Source: an uncultured delta proteobacterium
Lineage (GTDB): Bacteria > Desulfobacterota > Binatia > UBA9968
DNA length: 64,000 nucleotides
Assembly: GCA_963847445.1 (NCBI GenBank)
Contig: CAWJZV010000030.1
Location: forward strand, 288,001-352,000
Direction: 5' to 3'
Made by a program: the position numbers and the translations under genes. Position 1 is the stretch's first letter. The number at the start of each line of letters is the position of its first letter. Under the pieces are notes generated by a model. The model searched no databases, was not told the origin of the DNA, and was given only the letters and a program-made list of their open reading frames with translations. Shown piece after piece: positions 32,439 to 43,500 of the stretch.

Positions 32439-33485
32439 ATGAAACTTCAACTTGGATTCCGACACTTGCTGCTTTGCTGTCTGATGACAACAGCGGTGCC
32501 CGCCTTCGGCGCCCAAACGGTCACTAAAGTCGTCATGACCAGCGGCTCGTTCAGCGAACGGGAAGCGGCCATGTACGTGGCCCAGGATCAAGGGATATTC
32601 CGCCGCTACGGTTTGGAACTGACCTTTGTCACCGTGCGCAATGGACCGGTCGGCATGGCGGCACTCGCCTCGGGTGAAACCCAGTTCCACTCCGGCTCGG
32701 CCACTGGCGCGGTGCTCGGCTCCGCCGCCGAAGGCATGGACATCGTCTTTGTCGCCGGCATCATCAACAAACTCATCGGCAACATCATGGCCTCGCCAAA
32801 AATCAAAATCCCCGCGGATCTAAAAGGCAAAACCATCGCCGTCACCAGCGCCAGCGGTGGCAGCTGGATGTTTACGACACTGGCGCTCGAATATTGGGGC
32901 CTGGACGCCAAGCGCGACGGCATCACGTTTCGCATACTCGGCGACGAGTCGGTGCGCAGCCAGGCGCTGCTCAATGAAAGCGTCGCCGCGACGCATTTAG
33001 GCTACACCTTTTCCGCGCCGCTCATCAGCAAAGGATTCACCAATCTCGGTGACCTCTCCAAGCTGCCGATTCCGTTCCAAAGCACGGGTATCATGACCAC
33101 TCGGCGCTACATGAACGCCAATCCCGAGATCATCGAGAACGTCCTTCGCGGCGTGGTCGACGCGTTACAGTTCGTCGAAAAACCGGAAAACAAGCCGGCG
33201 GTGCTGAAAAGTCTAATGAAGGGGTTGCGGTTGAAGAATGTTGAACAGGCGATGGAAGGCTACGACACCCTGGCCAATATCTACGAACACAAAATCTACC
33301 CGCGCGCCGACGGCGTGCGCAATGTCATACGCTTGCTCGGCCAGACCAATGAGAAGATCCGCAAACTCAAAGCGGAAGAGTTAGTCGATGACCGGTTTGT
33401 CAGGAAGCTGGAGAAGGAAGGCACGGTTCTAAAAGCCATCTCCGAGATCCAACATGTAGGAACGCGATTTATCGCGCCCTTTTGA
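32439..33485 (+). CDS. NMT1/SsuA-like ABC substrate-binding protein (true stop probably near 33432)
   Basis: Signal peptide, YVAQDQGIFRRYGL, DLKGKTIAV and VDDRFVRKLEKEG. Confidence 0.82.
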   Translation: MKLQLGFRHLLLCCLMTTAVPAFGAQTVTKVVMTSGSFSEREAAMYVAQDQGIFRRYGLELTFVTVRNGPVGMAALASGETQFHSGSATGAVLGSAAEGMDIVFVAGIINKLIGNIMASPKIKIPADLKGKTIAVTSASGGSWMFTTLALEYWGLDAKRDGITFRILGDESVRSQALLNESVAATHLGYTFSAPLISKGFTNLGDLSKLPIPFQSTGIMTTRRYMNANPEIIENVLRGVVDALQFVEKPENKPAVLKSLMKGLRLKNVEQAMEGYDTLANIYEHKIYPRADGVRNVIRLLGQTNEKIRKLKAEELVDDRFVRKLEKEGTVLKAISEIQHVGTRFIAPF

Positions 33486-33596
33486 CGTTACCACCTCACG
33501 CCAGCCATTGGGCGCAGTGAATTGCGAGCCTACAGAAACGACCCGAATTAAACGGGATTGGTCATGTAGGATGGGTGGAGCGAAGCGATACCCATC
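33456..33596. repeat. Cluster of GTAG-family REP sequences
   Basis: GTAGGAACGCGATTTATCGCGCCC ... GGGCGCAGTGAATTGCGAGCCTAC inverted pair, plus GTAGGATGGGTGGAGCGAAGCGATACCCATC. Confidence 0.75.
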
Positions 33597-33611
33597 ATCG
33601 ATTTCGTATGT

Positions 33612-34337
33612 CTACGGCATCTCTTCGAGCAGCTTGCCGAATCCTTTAACTTTCTGCCGAATATGCAGCCGCTTCTGCACCGACCAGACGCGCGCCGGCA
33701 CGGCGTGCACCACGGGAACCTGCAAATCTTCTTCGAGCAGATGGATGATATCTAAACAGCGCCAGCCGGTGCCGAGCATGTAGATGCCGTCGGCGTCGGG
33801 ATGCTTGAGAAACGCCTGGCGCGTGTGGCCGTAGATTTCGGTCGAGGCTAGACGGCCGACATCGGCGAAGTCGACTTTCATCCCTTCCATCGCCAACACT
33901 TCGAAGCCGGCTTCCTGAAAGTAGCGGCTGAACATGTCGTTGATGCTGCCGACGAAGTAGGTCACGCCGACGAACTTCTTCACGCCCAACGCGCGCAGCG
34001 CTTCGACCTGGGTCTGCGCCGCGGTGACGATGGGAATTTTAAATTCGTCTTCCCACTCTTTGGTGATCTTCGCTTCGCCCTTGAAGCCTTGGATCATGAA
34101 CGGCGGCGCGCCTTCGGGGTGGATCAAATCGACGCCTTCCTTGGCAAGCTCGGCGACTTTTTCGTGAACAGCGTTGAGTGCCGCGCCAAATTCGTCTTCG
34201 GTGCCGCGCTTGAAGTTCAAATACACCGGCACGACGCCGACGCCTTCCGGCATTAACCGGATGAACTCTTCCAACGACCCCGGCCGATGGGTCGGTTTGA
34301 CGACCCCGACCACGCCACGCCAACTGGTAAAAACCAT
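33612..34337 (-). CDS. Asp/Glu racemase superfamily protein (maleate isomerase / arylmalonate decarboxylase-like)
   Basis: Overall pattern including ALRALGVKKFVGVTYF, YFQEAGFEV, DADGIYM and LEEDLQVPVV. Confidence 0.8.
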   Translation of the reverse strand: MVFTSWRGVVGVVKPTHRPGSLEEFIRLMPEGVGVVPVYLNFKRGTEDEFGAALNAVHEKVAELAKEGVDLIHPEGAPPFMIQGFKGEAKITKEWEDEFKIPIVTAAQTQVEALRALGVKKFVGVTYFVGSINDMFSRYFQEAGFEVLAMEGMKVDFADVGRLASTEIYGHTRQAFLKHPDADGIYMLGTGWRCLDIIHLLEEDLQVPVVHAVPARVWSVQKRLHIRQKVKGFGKLLEEMP

Positions 34338-34343
34338 AAATCA

Positions 34344-34439
34344 GTTCCAATCGTTCCAGGGGTTCCAGTCGTTCCAAGTGTTTCGGAGGCTTCGGGTTTT
34401 ACCATTGGAACCTCTGGAACTCATTGGAACGATTGGAAC
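34344..34439. repeat. 9-bp-period inverted tandem repeat hairpin (GTTCCA x4 / TGGAAC x4)
   Basis: Directly visible between co-oriented genes. Confidence 0.85.
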
Positions 34440-34448
34440 CGTCTTCGT

Positions 34449-35918
34449 TTATTTAAAGATCTGCGGAAACTTCGCCTTCATCTTAACGCGGTAATCTTCC
34501 GGCACTTCAACAACCTTGGGAAACTCGCCCTTCAGCTTGCGATTATACGGCTGGCAAGCGTCGATCAAGATGCGGTTGTTGAAATTGCCCGGCAAGAACA
34601 TCGGGTCGCGCCCAGACGACCAAGCCTTCTGCACCAAGTCTATGTCGGTGATCGGATCGAAGCGAGTGCCCATGGCCCAGAGCACTTGATCGATGTCCGA
34701 GCAGTCGACATCGTCGTCGACGACCACGGTCCACTTGCCGTTGTAGGCGCCGGCCATGCAGTTGGACGCGACGTGCAACACGTTGCGCGCGTGGCCGGGA
34801 TAGCGCTGGCGGATTTGAATCGCCGTGAAACGGGTCGCCGGCGCGCCTTCGTGGTTCCACACGCCGAGAATGTCGGGCAAGCCGCAAGCTTCCAGCGCGT
34901 TCCAGATCTCCGCCGCCCCGGCGATGCCTTTGAGCAGGCCAGTTTCATCCACCGGCTTATGCTGCGGCGCGCAGGTGAGAATCGGATTGTTGCGGTACAT
35001 GACGGTTTTCACATTGAGATAGGGGCGCGGCACGACATCGTCGGAATAGTAGCCCATCCATTCGCCGAAGGGTCCTTCGGGCTGCGTCTGTCCCGGCACG
35101 GCTTCACCTTCGATGACGATCTCGGCATCGGCGGGAATCGGAAATCCGGTAAAGGGCCCCTTCACCACTTCCACCGGTTCGCCGCGGATGCCGCCGGCGA
35201 AATCATACTCCGACACGCCCGAGGGCAACGGACTGGCGGAAAGCAGATAGAGCAACGGATCTTGGCCGCAGACGATGGCAAACTTGCAGCTCTGGCCGCG
35301 CTCGAAATATTTGTCGCGATGAATCCGCCCATGTTTGCCTTCGGTGATCTGGCAGCCGATGGTCTTGCCGTCGTAAACTTCACAGCGATAGGCGCCGAAA
35401 TTATACCAATCCGCGTCGGGATCTTTGGTGATGCACATATCCGCCGTGCCGACATAACGGTGCGTGTCGGCCTGGTGGTGGATCGGCACCGGCAACTTGA
35501 GCACGTCGACTTTGTCGCCTTCCAAAACGTTCTCGAAGATCGGCCCGGTCTTGACCATCTTGGGCTTAAGCAGCTTCATGTCGGTCATGACATGGTGGTA
35601 GGCCTTGACGATATCGGCCTTGTGTTCGTATTCGAGCGGCAAGCCGAGGGTCAGCGCGACGCGCTTGATGGTTGAGAACTGGCCGTAAAGAGTCCGATAA
35701 CCTTTCGGATAACCCGGCACTTCGTCGAACACGATTGCCGGCGCTTTGCCCTTACCGCCTTCGGTCAGCATCTGCGTGATCGCGCCCATCTCGCGGTCCC
35801 AGTGGGCGCCGTTGACCTCAAGTAACTCACCCATCTTGCCGACTTGCTCGATCCAATCGCGCAAACCGCGATAGGTTACGCTGCTCTGCGCCGCGCCAGC
35901 GCGTTCCGGACGTGCCAT
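34449..35918 (-). CDS. UbiD-family prFMN-dependent decarboxylase
   Basis: NFGAYR, AEIVIEG, EGPFGEWMGYY, VVVDDDVD and WAMGTR. Confidence 0.92.
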   Translation of the reverse strand: MARPERAGAAQSSVTYRGLRDWIEQVGKMGELLEVNGAHWDREMGAITQMLTEGGKGKAPAIVFDEVPGYPKGYRTLYGQFSTIKRVALTLGLPLEYEHKADIVKAYHHVMTDMKLLKPKMVKTGPIFENVLEGDKVDVLKLPVPIHHQADTHRYVGTADMCITKDPDADWYNFGAYRCEVYDGKTIGCQITEGKHGRIHRDKYFERGQSCKFAIVCGQDPLLYLLSASPLPSGVSEYDFAGGIRGEPVEVVKGPFTGFPIPADAEIVIEGEAVPGQTQPEGPFGEWMGYYSDDVVPRPYLNVKTVMYRNNPILTCAPQHKPVDETGLLKGIAGAAEIWNALEACGLPDILGVWNHEGAPATRFTAIQIRQRYPGHARNVLHVASNCMAGAYNGKWTVVVDDDVDCSDIDQVLWAMGTRFDPITDIDLVQKAWSSGRDPMFLPGNFNNRILIDACQPYNRKLKGEFPKVVEVPEDYRVKMKAKFPQIFK

Positions 35919-36108
35919 GAAATCCTCCTAGAAATTGAGCCGTTGAAAGTTGAAGTTTTTTCACCTTACGTTCAGCCCTTAACCTTGTCAAGAAAGTGAC
36001 GACTTGCCGGGCTCTTGTCGATCGGGCGTCGAGCCAGTGCTATGACGCCGATGGCCGAACACCCGGATTTTGCCACGGGGCCAATAGTCATGAATGAGGG
36101 ATTCATCA

Positions 36109-36601
36109 ATGGCGGACAACACCACCTACGACCGGCAACTGCGCAGCATCGGCCAATCTCTCGAAGCACAGCGCATCCAGGTTTTCGAGCTAACCCGTCA
36201 AGGCGAAAACTATACTGCCCGCGGCGACCCGGAAAAAGAAACCTCGCTGTTAGCGGCCTTGCGTAATTGGCAAAAACGGCTGCGCAGCGAAGGAATGACG
36301 ACTTCGTTGGCGTTCACCCAGCCAAGACATTGACGAAATAGACCACCAGGGCTCTGGCAACCGCAGCAAGGCCAACCGGATCCCCGATTTTCATAGCCTG
36401 GCGAATACACTGCGAACGGTGGGCGCCTATCTGGATGAAAAAAACGCCGAGCTGATCGAGCTGCACAAGAAGCAGCTGAGCGTGACGATTCTCTCACGCA
36501 ACACCACCGGTTACCCGGAGATGGAAGAACGCAGCCTGGGCTCGTTCTACGAACTGTTTGTCAAGCTCCATGCGCTGCGAAACCGGGCATGTAAACGATA
36601 A
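36109..36601 (+). CDS. Hypothetical protein with an internal two-fold repeat (frameshift near 36325)
   Basis: Two adjoining ORFs with protein-like composition: LRSIGQSLE and LRTVGAYLD. Confidence 0.55.
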
Positions 36602-36713
36602 TCGCGACTCAGCACAGCTTAATTCGCCAAGTGAATCGAACCGCTTGACAAGCTCCGGCCTGGCACTATGCCGCATCGGCAGTTTGCATCCTCATCGTGC
36701 GGGGAAAGTTCGC

Positions 36714-37078
36714 CTAGCCGAGCAACAGTATGCTCCAGACCGCCACCGCCAAGACGATCGAGCAGAACACCCCGGCGGAACCTAAGTCCTTCGCCAGGCC
36801 GGACAGCTCGTGTCGATCCGGACCGATCCGGTCGACCACCGTCTCAATGGCGGTATTAAGCATCTCGACGACCACGACGAGCAGGGCGCTGCCGATCATG
36901 AGCGCGCGTTCGACGGCATTTCGCCGCGAGCAACCAACGCCGCCGGAATCGCCAGAGACAAAACATAAATCTCGTAGCGCAACGCCGCTTCCGACCTCCA
37001 TGCCCGTGCCAACCCGTTCAGCGAGTTCCTCGTCGCATTGATCAGCCGCTGGAGCGGGCTGATGTCGTTTCCCGTCAT
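36714..37078 (-). CDS. dgkA: Diacylglycerol kinase (frameshift near 36930)
   Basis: RLINATRNSLNGL...EAALRYE, EMLNTAIETVVDRIG and SGLAKDLGSAGV. Confidence 0.88.
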
Positions 37079-37147
37079 GTCGGTAAGCACTGCGCCATCG
37101 TTTTGTATCTCGAATCTATTTGTCGTAGCGCGCTCGACCTCAACCAA

Positions 37148-37670
37148 ATGGGAAAGAGTTTTTCACCACGAAGTGAATCATGATCTTACGCACGCCCACG
37201 GATAATGAAAATGGATGGGATTCCCTCCATAGGCAGTCTGCTTGACGCGTCATTCCCGCGCACGCGGGAATCCAGGTTAGCCTGCGCCCAATTAGCCTGG
37301 ATACCCGCTTTCGCGGGTATGACGGAACCCAGGTGACATCTTCATTGTGGAGACCCTCCCCTTACAGGTATTTTCTAAGGAGCTCACGAAGATCACGAAG
37401 TTCAGAAATTTGCTCATCCGAACCCTTCGCGTCCTCCTTCGAAAATACACGTGCAGCGATGATCTGCGCATCGATAACGACTCTCTGTTCCGTCATACCG
37501 GCGCAGGCCGGTATCCATCCCGTTCCCGCCCCTGCCGGCCTGCGCCGGCATGACGAGTCTAAGGAATGGCTTCCGGTATTTTCATTATCTGTGGGCGTGC
37601 CTAAGATCATGATTCACTTCTTGGTGAGTTCCTCCGGATAAACAACCAACCACGTGAGACACCCTACTAG
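37148..37670. mobile_element. MITE-like nested palindromic element, copy 1
   Basis: 50-bp inverted repeats at 37163-37212 and 37578-37627 (3 mismatches), internal GTCATTCCCGCG/GTCATACCGG REP hairpins, no ORF. Confidence 0.75.
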
Positions 37671-37694
37671 CTAAATCACCGATTCACTAACTCA

Positions 37695-39923
37695 CTATCC
37701 CCGCTGTTTCAGCGCATTGAGCACCTTCTCGGCGGTAATCGGCAGCGAAGTAATCCGCACCCCCACCGCATCCGCCACGGCGTTGGCGATCGCCGCCGCA
37801 GTCGGGATCAGGGCGGTCTCGCCGATGCTCATGCTATTGTAAGGTCCGCTGCCGAACTCGGATTGCAGGATGGTCGTGTGCAGCGGCGGCATATCCTTGA
37901 TGTTGGGAATCTTGTATTCACCGAGATTGGCCGCCAGCACTTTGCCGCTCTCGTCGTAAGCGAGGTTTTCCACCAGGCCATAACCGAAACCCATGGCTAC
38001 GGAGCCGTCGATCTGTCCCTGATGGGTCAACGGATTCAGGATCGCGCCGGTGTTATGCGCGGTGGTGAGTTTGGTCACGCGCACCTCGCCGGTCTCGTCG
38101 TCGACCTCGACTTCAGCGACTTGAGCAACCAACGAGGCCTCGGGCCCATCCGACATGTTGGCGTAATGACCTTCGACCAGAATCGGGCCGCCATTGGCGC
38201 GGGCGATTTCCGCCGTAGGTCATACGCCGCTCGGCCCGTCCGTGGGTCACGCCGCCGTCGAACAGCAGGAGTTCGTCCGGCACCGGCTTGCATCGCCACG
38301 CCGGCAATCTGGAGAATCTCCGCGCGCGCCCGCTGCGCCGCGTTTAACGCCGAGCCGCCATGGACGCGGGTGCTGCTGCTGCCACGGACACCGGTATCTT
38401 TAAGGACTTTATCGGAATCGAGCATCTCCACGGCGATGGCATCGAGGGGCACTTTCAGTTCTTCACCGACGATCTGGCGCATCATCGTGAAGACACCGGG
38501 ACCGGTATCGGTGACCGCCGAAGACAAAGTTATTGTCCCTTCCTCGTCAATGGCAATGCGCGCGTAGGACTCCCCGCCTTTGGAAACCCAGTCGCCGACA
38601 GCGCAGCCGCGGCCGCTATTTTTTTTCTTGGGCTTGGCAAACTCCGACACTTCGACAGCGCGCGCGAGCGTCTCGGTCGCTTTGATATGTGGAATCACAT
38701 GGCCCAGCGGCGACGGGTCGCCATCGTGCATGAAATTCATCCGGCGAAACTCGATGGGATTCATGTTCAAGCGCTTGGCGACGACATCCATGTGGCTCTC
38801 GGAGGCAAACATGCCTTGAAGATGGCCCGGAGCGCGCATGTAGCCCGCCGGCATTGTATTGGTGTAGACATATTTTTCTTCGATCAAACAGTTGGGCACC
38901 CGATAGGGCCCAGGCGCGTCATGGGCGCCGACCAGATAGCCTTGCGGGCGGTAGGCACCGTAGGCGCCGCTGTCGAAAATAAACTCGATATGCTCGGCGA
39001 TCATCAGGCCATTTTTCTTGACCCCGGTCTTGATCTTGATCACCGCGCCATGGCGCGGATTGCCCGCCATCAGCTCCTCGGTATAGTCGATCAACAGCTT
39101 GACCGGCCGGCCGGTTTTCTTAGCCAACGCATAGCAAAGCGCGACATCGTTGCCGTCGCCCTTGCCGCCGAAATCGCCGCCGACGTAGCAGGAATGGACG
39201 ATCAAACTCGCCGGTGGGATCTGCAAAGCGTTGCCGACCTGATCGCGCATATTGAACGGGCTTTTGTTCGACGACCACACTTCCGCCGTGCCGTCGGCTG
39301 TTGACGCGCACCAAGGAACAATGCGGTTCGATATAGGCCTGGTGAATCGCCGGCACGGTGTAGCTGTTCTCGACGATCACGTCGGATTGGCGAAAGCCCT
39401 CTTCGACCACGCCCTTCTTCCAGACCAGGCTGACGAAGACATTGCTCGGCGTATCGATCTTGTGCAGCAGCCCTTTGTAGTCCGCGACATTGGGATGGAT
39501 CAGCGGCGCATCGGGTTTAGCAGCCGCCAATGGATCGATCAGCACCGGCAGTTCTTCGTACTCGACTTCGATCAAATCCAGCGCGGCCTCGGCAACCGCT
39601 TCGCTCTGCGCCGCCACCGCGGCGATTTTCTCGCCCATGAAGCGCACCACGGCTTCGGCCAGCAGCGGCATGTCGATGATTTTTTTGCCGATCTTGGCGC
39701 CGGCGAGATCGGCACCGGTCAGCACCGCAACGACACCGGGAAGCGCGCTCGCTTTGGTCACATCGATTTTTTTAATCCGCGCGTGAGCCAGCGGACTGCG
39801 CAACACTTTGGCCCACAGCATGCCGGGCAAACTTATGTCGACGGCGTACTTGGCGCCACCGCCGACTTTATGCTCGCCTTCGACTCGGGGACTCGGAATA
39901 CCGACGCTACGGATTTCTGCCAT
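37695..39923 (-). CDS. Xanthine dehydrogenase/CoxL-family molybdopterin-binding subunit (frameshifts near 39295, 38280 and 38200)
   Basis: RSPLAHARI, HQAYIEPH, VGGDFGGKG, MRAPG, GQIDG and SIGET. Confidence 0.9.
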
Positions 39924-40118
39924 GATGATTCCCTCGTAAACCTTTCAGAGGTGTCGTGGATAAACCTTAGCTATCGCTAACGGCTTCAAGTTCTGCAAAA
40001 TTATTTGCGTTAGCCAATGATTGTATTTGCATCGCAACTGTTGTGAGAGAGTTACATCAACCCCAAATTCACCGCAAGCTCTCGGCGGAGGAATCCCATG
40101 GACGACGTAAAAGGAGAG

Positions 40119-40554
40119 ATGGGAAAGAGTTTTTCACCACGAAGTGTTTATGAGCTTACGCTCGTCCACCGACTATGAAAATGGATGGCATCCCCTCCAA
40201 ATGCTCCTGTCCTCGACTCGTCATTCCCGCGCACGCGGGAATCCAGGTGTCGGACACAGTCCGTCATACCGTTGAAAAACGGTATCCAGGTGGGGATTAG
40301 CCTGGATACCCGCGTGCGCGGGTATGACGGAACCCATGTGTCTAATCGTTGCGCAGATCATCCACGCACATATATTCTCGAAGGAGTAAACGAAGATGCA
40401 TTAGAAGCGCGAAAGTCAGCAGGGCCGCTTTTTCGCCCTTACTTCGATCATCCGAACCCTTCGTGGCCGGAGTCTGTGGTGAGCGTAGTCGAACCATGAA
40501 CTTCGTGGTGAGCGACTCCGGATAAATGACTAACAGCGTGAGACACTCCACCAG
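40119..40554. mobile_element. MITE-like element, copy 2 (same orientation, rearranged interior)
   Basis: Shares the start ATGGGAAAGAGTTTTTCACCACGAAGTG, GTCATTCCCGCGCACGCGGGAATCCAGGT, ATTAGCCTGGATACCCGC..GGGTATGACGGAACCCA and the end CTCCGGATAAA..CGTGAGACAC with copy 1. Confidence 0.75.
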
Positions 40555-40596
40555 AATTCGCGCCCGCTAGTTTGCGTCTACCGTGAGCATCAACGA

Positions 40597-43500
40597 TCAA
40601 GTTCGATTGCTGCGTTCTGGCGGCTGCAGACGACTCATCAGTTCGCCGAGAAGACCCGAGTCGATCATTTCGCCGTTGCGGTAAGCGAGGGATTGATTGG
40701 AATAGGGCGAGATGCGCGGCCCAGGGGTCAGTATCCCGGCAAGATTCAGTGGATCGGCGGCGGCCAGCAATATTTCGCTGGTTGCCGCTTGGCCGCGGCG
40801 CAACTCACGCAAGCGCTCCACCGCCGCCGGCAAGGCAAACTGCTCACCGACAAAGCCATTGACAAAACGGCCGCCGCGGATCTCGCCGCGCGCTTCCAAG
40901 CGGCGGTAAATCGCCAGTAAATTACGCCAACTGCCCCAGCAGCCATTGCTGGATTCGCGCGCCAATAGGTCGCGAAACACCACGCCGTAGCGCTGTAACA
41001 GCTGGCGCGCCTGGCGTTCCATGCGGCTCGTGCTGCTGACTTCTAGTTTCGAGAATTGCCCGCGCCACAGCGACCAGCGGCCCGCCGGCATGGCCCGCTC
41101 GGAATTGCGCCCGCCGCTGATCAAGCGCAGACTGCGGCGCCGTTCGACACGCTTGTGTTCGGGAGTCAGGAGCACGCGTAAGCCGGCGATGCCGTCGCCG
41201 CTGGCTAACCCATGAGCGACCAGTTGCCAGAGCGCCTCTTCGACTTTCACTTTGAGCAGGCCGGTGTCGCGGGCGATATCGGCGAGAAAAGACGCACCCC
41301 GCTGCTCAAGATAGCGCGCCACCTCCAGCGCCATGGCCGACAGGCTCGGGATATCGGTGTAGCGGCCGTGCATCGGTTCGAGATAATTTTCCAGCTCGTC
41401 ACGCAGGATAAAACCGATGGGCGCATTGCGCGCCGGCGCCAGCAACCGTTTCAACCTTTTGCCGGAAGTAGTCTTCGGCTGGCTGAGCTCTTCGGGCAGA
41501 GTATCGTTGCGCAGCCTGCCCCACGCGACGATGCCGCCTAGACAGAGATACTCCAGGTCGGCGGGGTCGTAAGTTTCGATGCGCGCCGGCAGCACATGCT
41601 GCTCCCAGGCCGGCGCGGGCAATTCCAAGCCCTGTAACTGTTCAATGACCCGCAGCACGCCGTCGCGGCCGCGCAATCTGCTGCCAGGCGCGGCATGCTG
41701 CCAGTGAATGAGAAAATTGACGAAGTCGGCGGCCGATACCGGTTCGATCTCGCGGCGCATCTTGCCCAGGGTCAAACGATGAATGCGCGCGAGCAAAACC
41801 CGATCGCACCACTCGACGGCTTCGCCATCTTGGCCATCTTGAGCATCTTGGGCAATTTGGGCGCCAAGAACGCGCCCGGTGAATTGGCCGCGCATCGCCA
41901 CCCCGGCGCTTTCCAAGGCGAGCAGCGCGGCGGCGACTCTATTGACCGGCAGGCCGATGCGCGCGGCCAGCGCCGCGGCGCTGATCGGCCCGCTCACTTC
42001 GAGCCAGCCTTGAACGATTTTCTTGACGGCGTCTTCCGCCGTCGCAAGGGTCTCGGCAAAACCGAGCGGCAGCGCGATCGCCGGCGAGAAAGAAACCTCC
42101 GGTAAACAGATCTTGATCAAATCGACTCGCTCGGCGGCGATGATGGCGCGCTGCGTGCCATTTGAATCCTGCCAGGTCGCGACCGTCGCGCGGCCGCGGT
42201 CGATCAATTCGCCGGCAAGAGACTGCCAATCGCGGCGCAAGTCCGCCGGCAGTATGCATACGCCCAGGAGCAAATCATGCAACTCATCGGCATTGCGTGC
42301 CTCGGGCCAGGCTTGTTTGCAAACCTCGGCGATGGCCTGGGGATCGAGCTGGCCAAACTCCCGGTCCAACCGCGGATCGACCCGGCGCAGCGACACCGCT
42401 CGCGCCCGGCGCTCCTCCAACGGCGCATCGTCGAGGAAAGCGTAGGGATTGGCGTTCAAGATTTCATGGGCCATCGGCGACGGCGCCGGTGTGTCGATGG
42501 CCAGAGTGGCGATCTCGCCGCTGTCGATCTTGGCGAGCAGCGCCGACAGGCCGTCGATGTCCATCGCCTCGTGCAAACAGTCGCCGATGGTTTCTTTGAC
42601 CAGCGGATGATCGGGCAGCTCCACTCCGCCGCTGCGGTTGTCTTGGCACATCACCTGTTCGGGAAACACCGCCGCGAGCAGATCTTCGGCGCGCATGCGC
42701 TGGATCGCCACCGGGATTTTTTTACCGCCGTTGCTGCGCTTGAGCGCCAGTGCGCGGGTCGCGTTCCAACGCCAGCGGTTGGTAAACATCGGCGACGCCA
42801 GCACGGCCTGGGTTAGATTGTATTCGAGGATCGCCGGCTTGAGCATGGCGAACACGTCGCTGAGCGGAAAGGAATGCTGTTCGACGAGCGAGATACAGAT
42901 GCCGTCGTCGGTGGCCGCCGCTTGCAACTCGCGGTCGAAGCTGACGCAAAAACGCTTGCGCAACGCCAAGCCCCAGGCGCGGTTGATCCGCCCGCCCCAA
43001 GGCGCATGGAGAATCAACTGCATGCCGCCGGCCTCGTCGAAAAAGCGCTCGGCGATGATCTTATCCTGCGACGGCACGGTGCCGAGGACGGCGACGGTGT
43101 CGGCGACGTAGTTGACGATCTGCTCGGCCGCGGCTTGGGGCATCGATACTTCGTCCTGAAGCCAGCTCGCCGCCATGATGCGATCGCCGATCCGCTCGGC
43201 CACCGCGGTGCGCAAATCGGCGACCGCCTGAGATAACTCCAGCGTGCGCGCCGGCGCCTCGCCCATCCAGAATGGAATACTCGGCGGCAATCCCTGGGCG
43301 TCGTCGACCCAGACTTTGCCGGAACCGACGCGGCGAATGCGCCAGGAGCGGTTGCCCAACAGAAAAATATCGCCGGCCAAACTCTCGATGGCGAAATCTT
43401 CGTGCACCGTGCCGACAAAGGTCTCGCTGGCAAATTCCACGACATTGTAATCGGCGGTATCGGGAATCGCCCCGCCGTTGGTGATCGCCGTCAAGCGCGC

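Noticed and set aside
34287-35675. 462-aa plus-strand ORF and other long antisense ORFs (e.g. 38360-39304, 49119-49865, 55357-56160)
   Set aside because: These are shadow ORFs opposite well-supported genes in GC-rich DNA and show no motifs.
37333-37641. Small ORFs inside the MITE-like elements (also 40185-40551)
   Set aside because: They are translations of REP palindromes (VIPAQAGI, SFPRTRES) with no transposase motifs.
37695-39923. Aerobic CO dehydrogenase CoxL
   Set aside because: Lacks the AYXCSFR/AYRGAGR signature (has GYMRAPG), and there is no coxM/coxS.
39924-40118. Moco riboswitch upstream of the Mo-hydroxylase gene
   Set aside because: No recognisable Moco motif elements on the coding strand.
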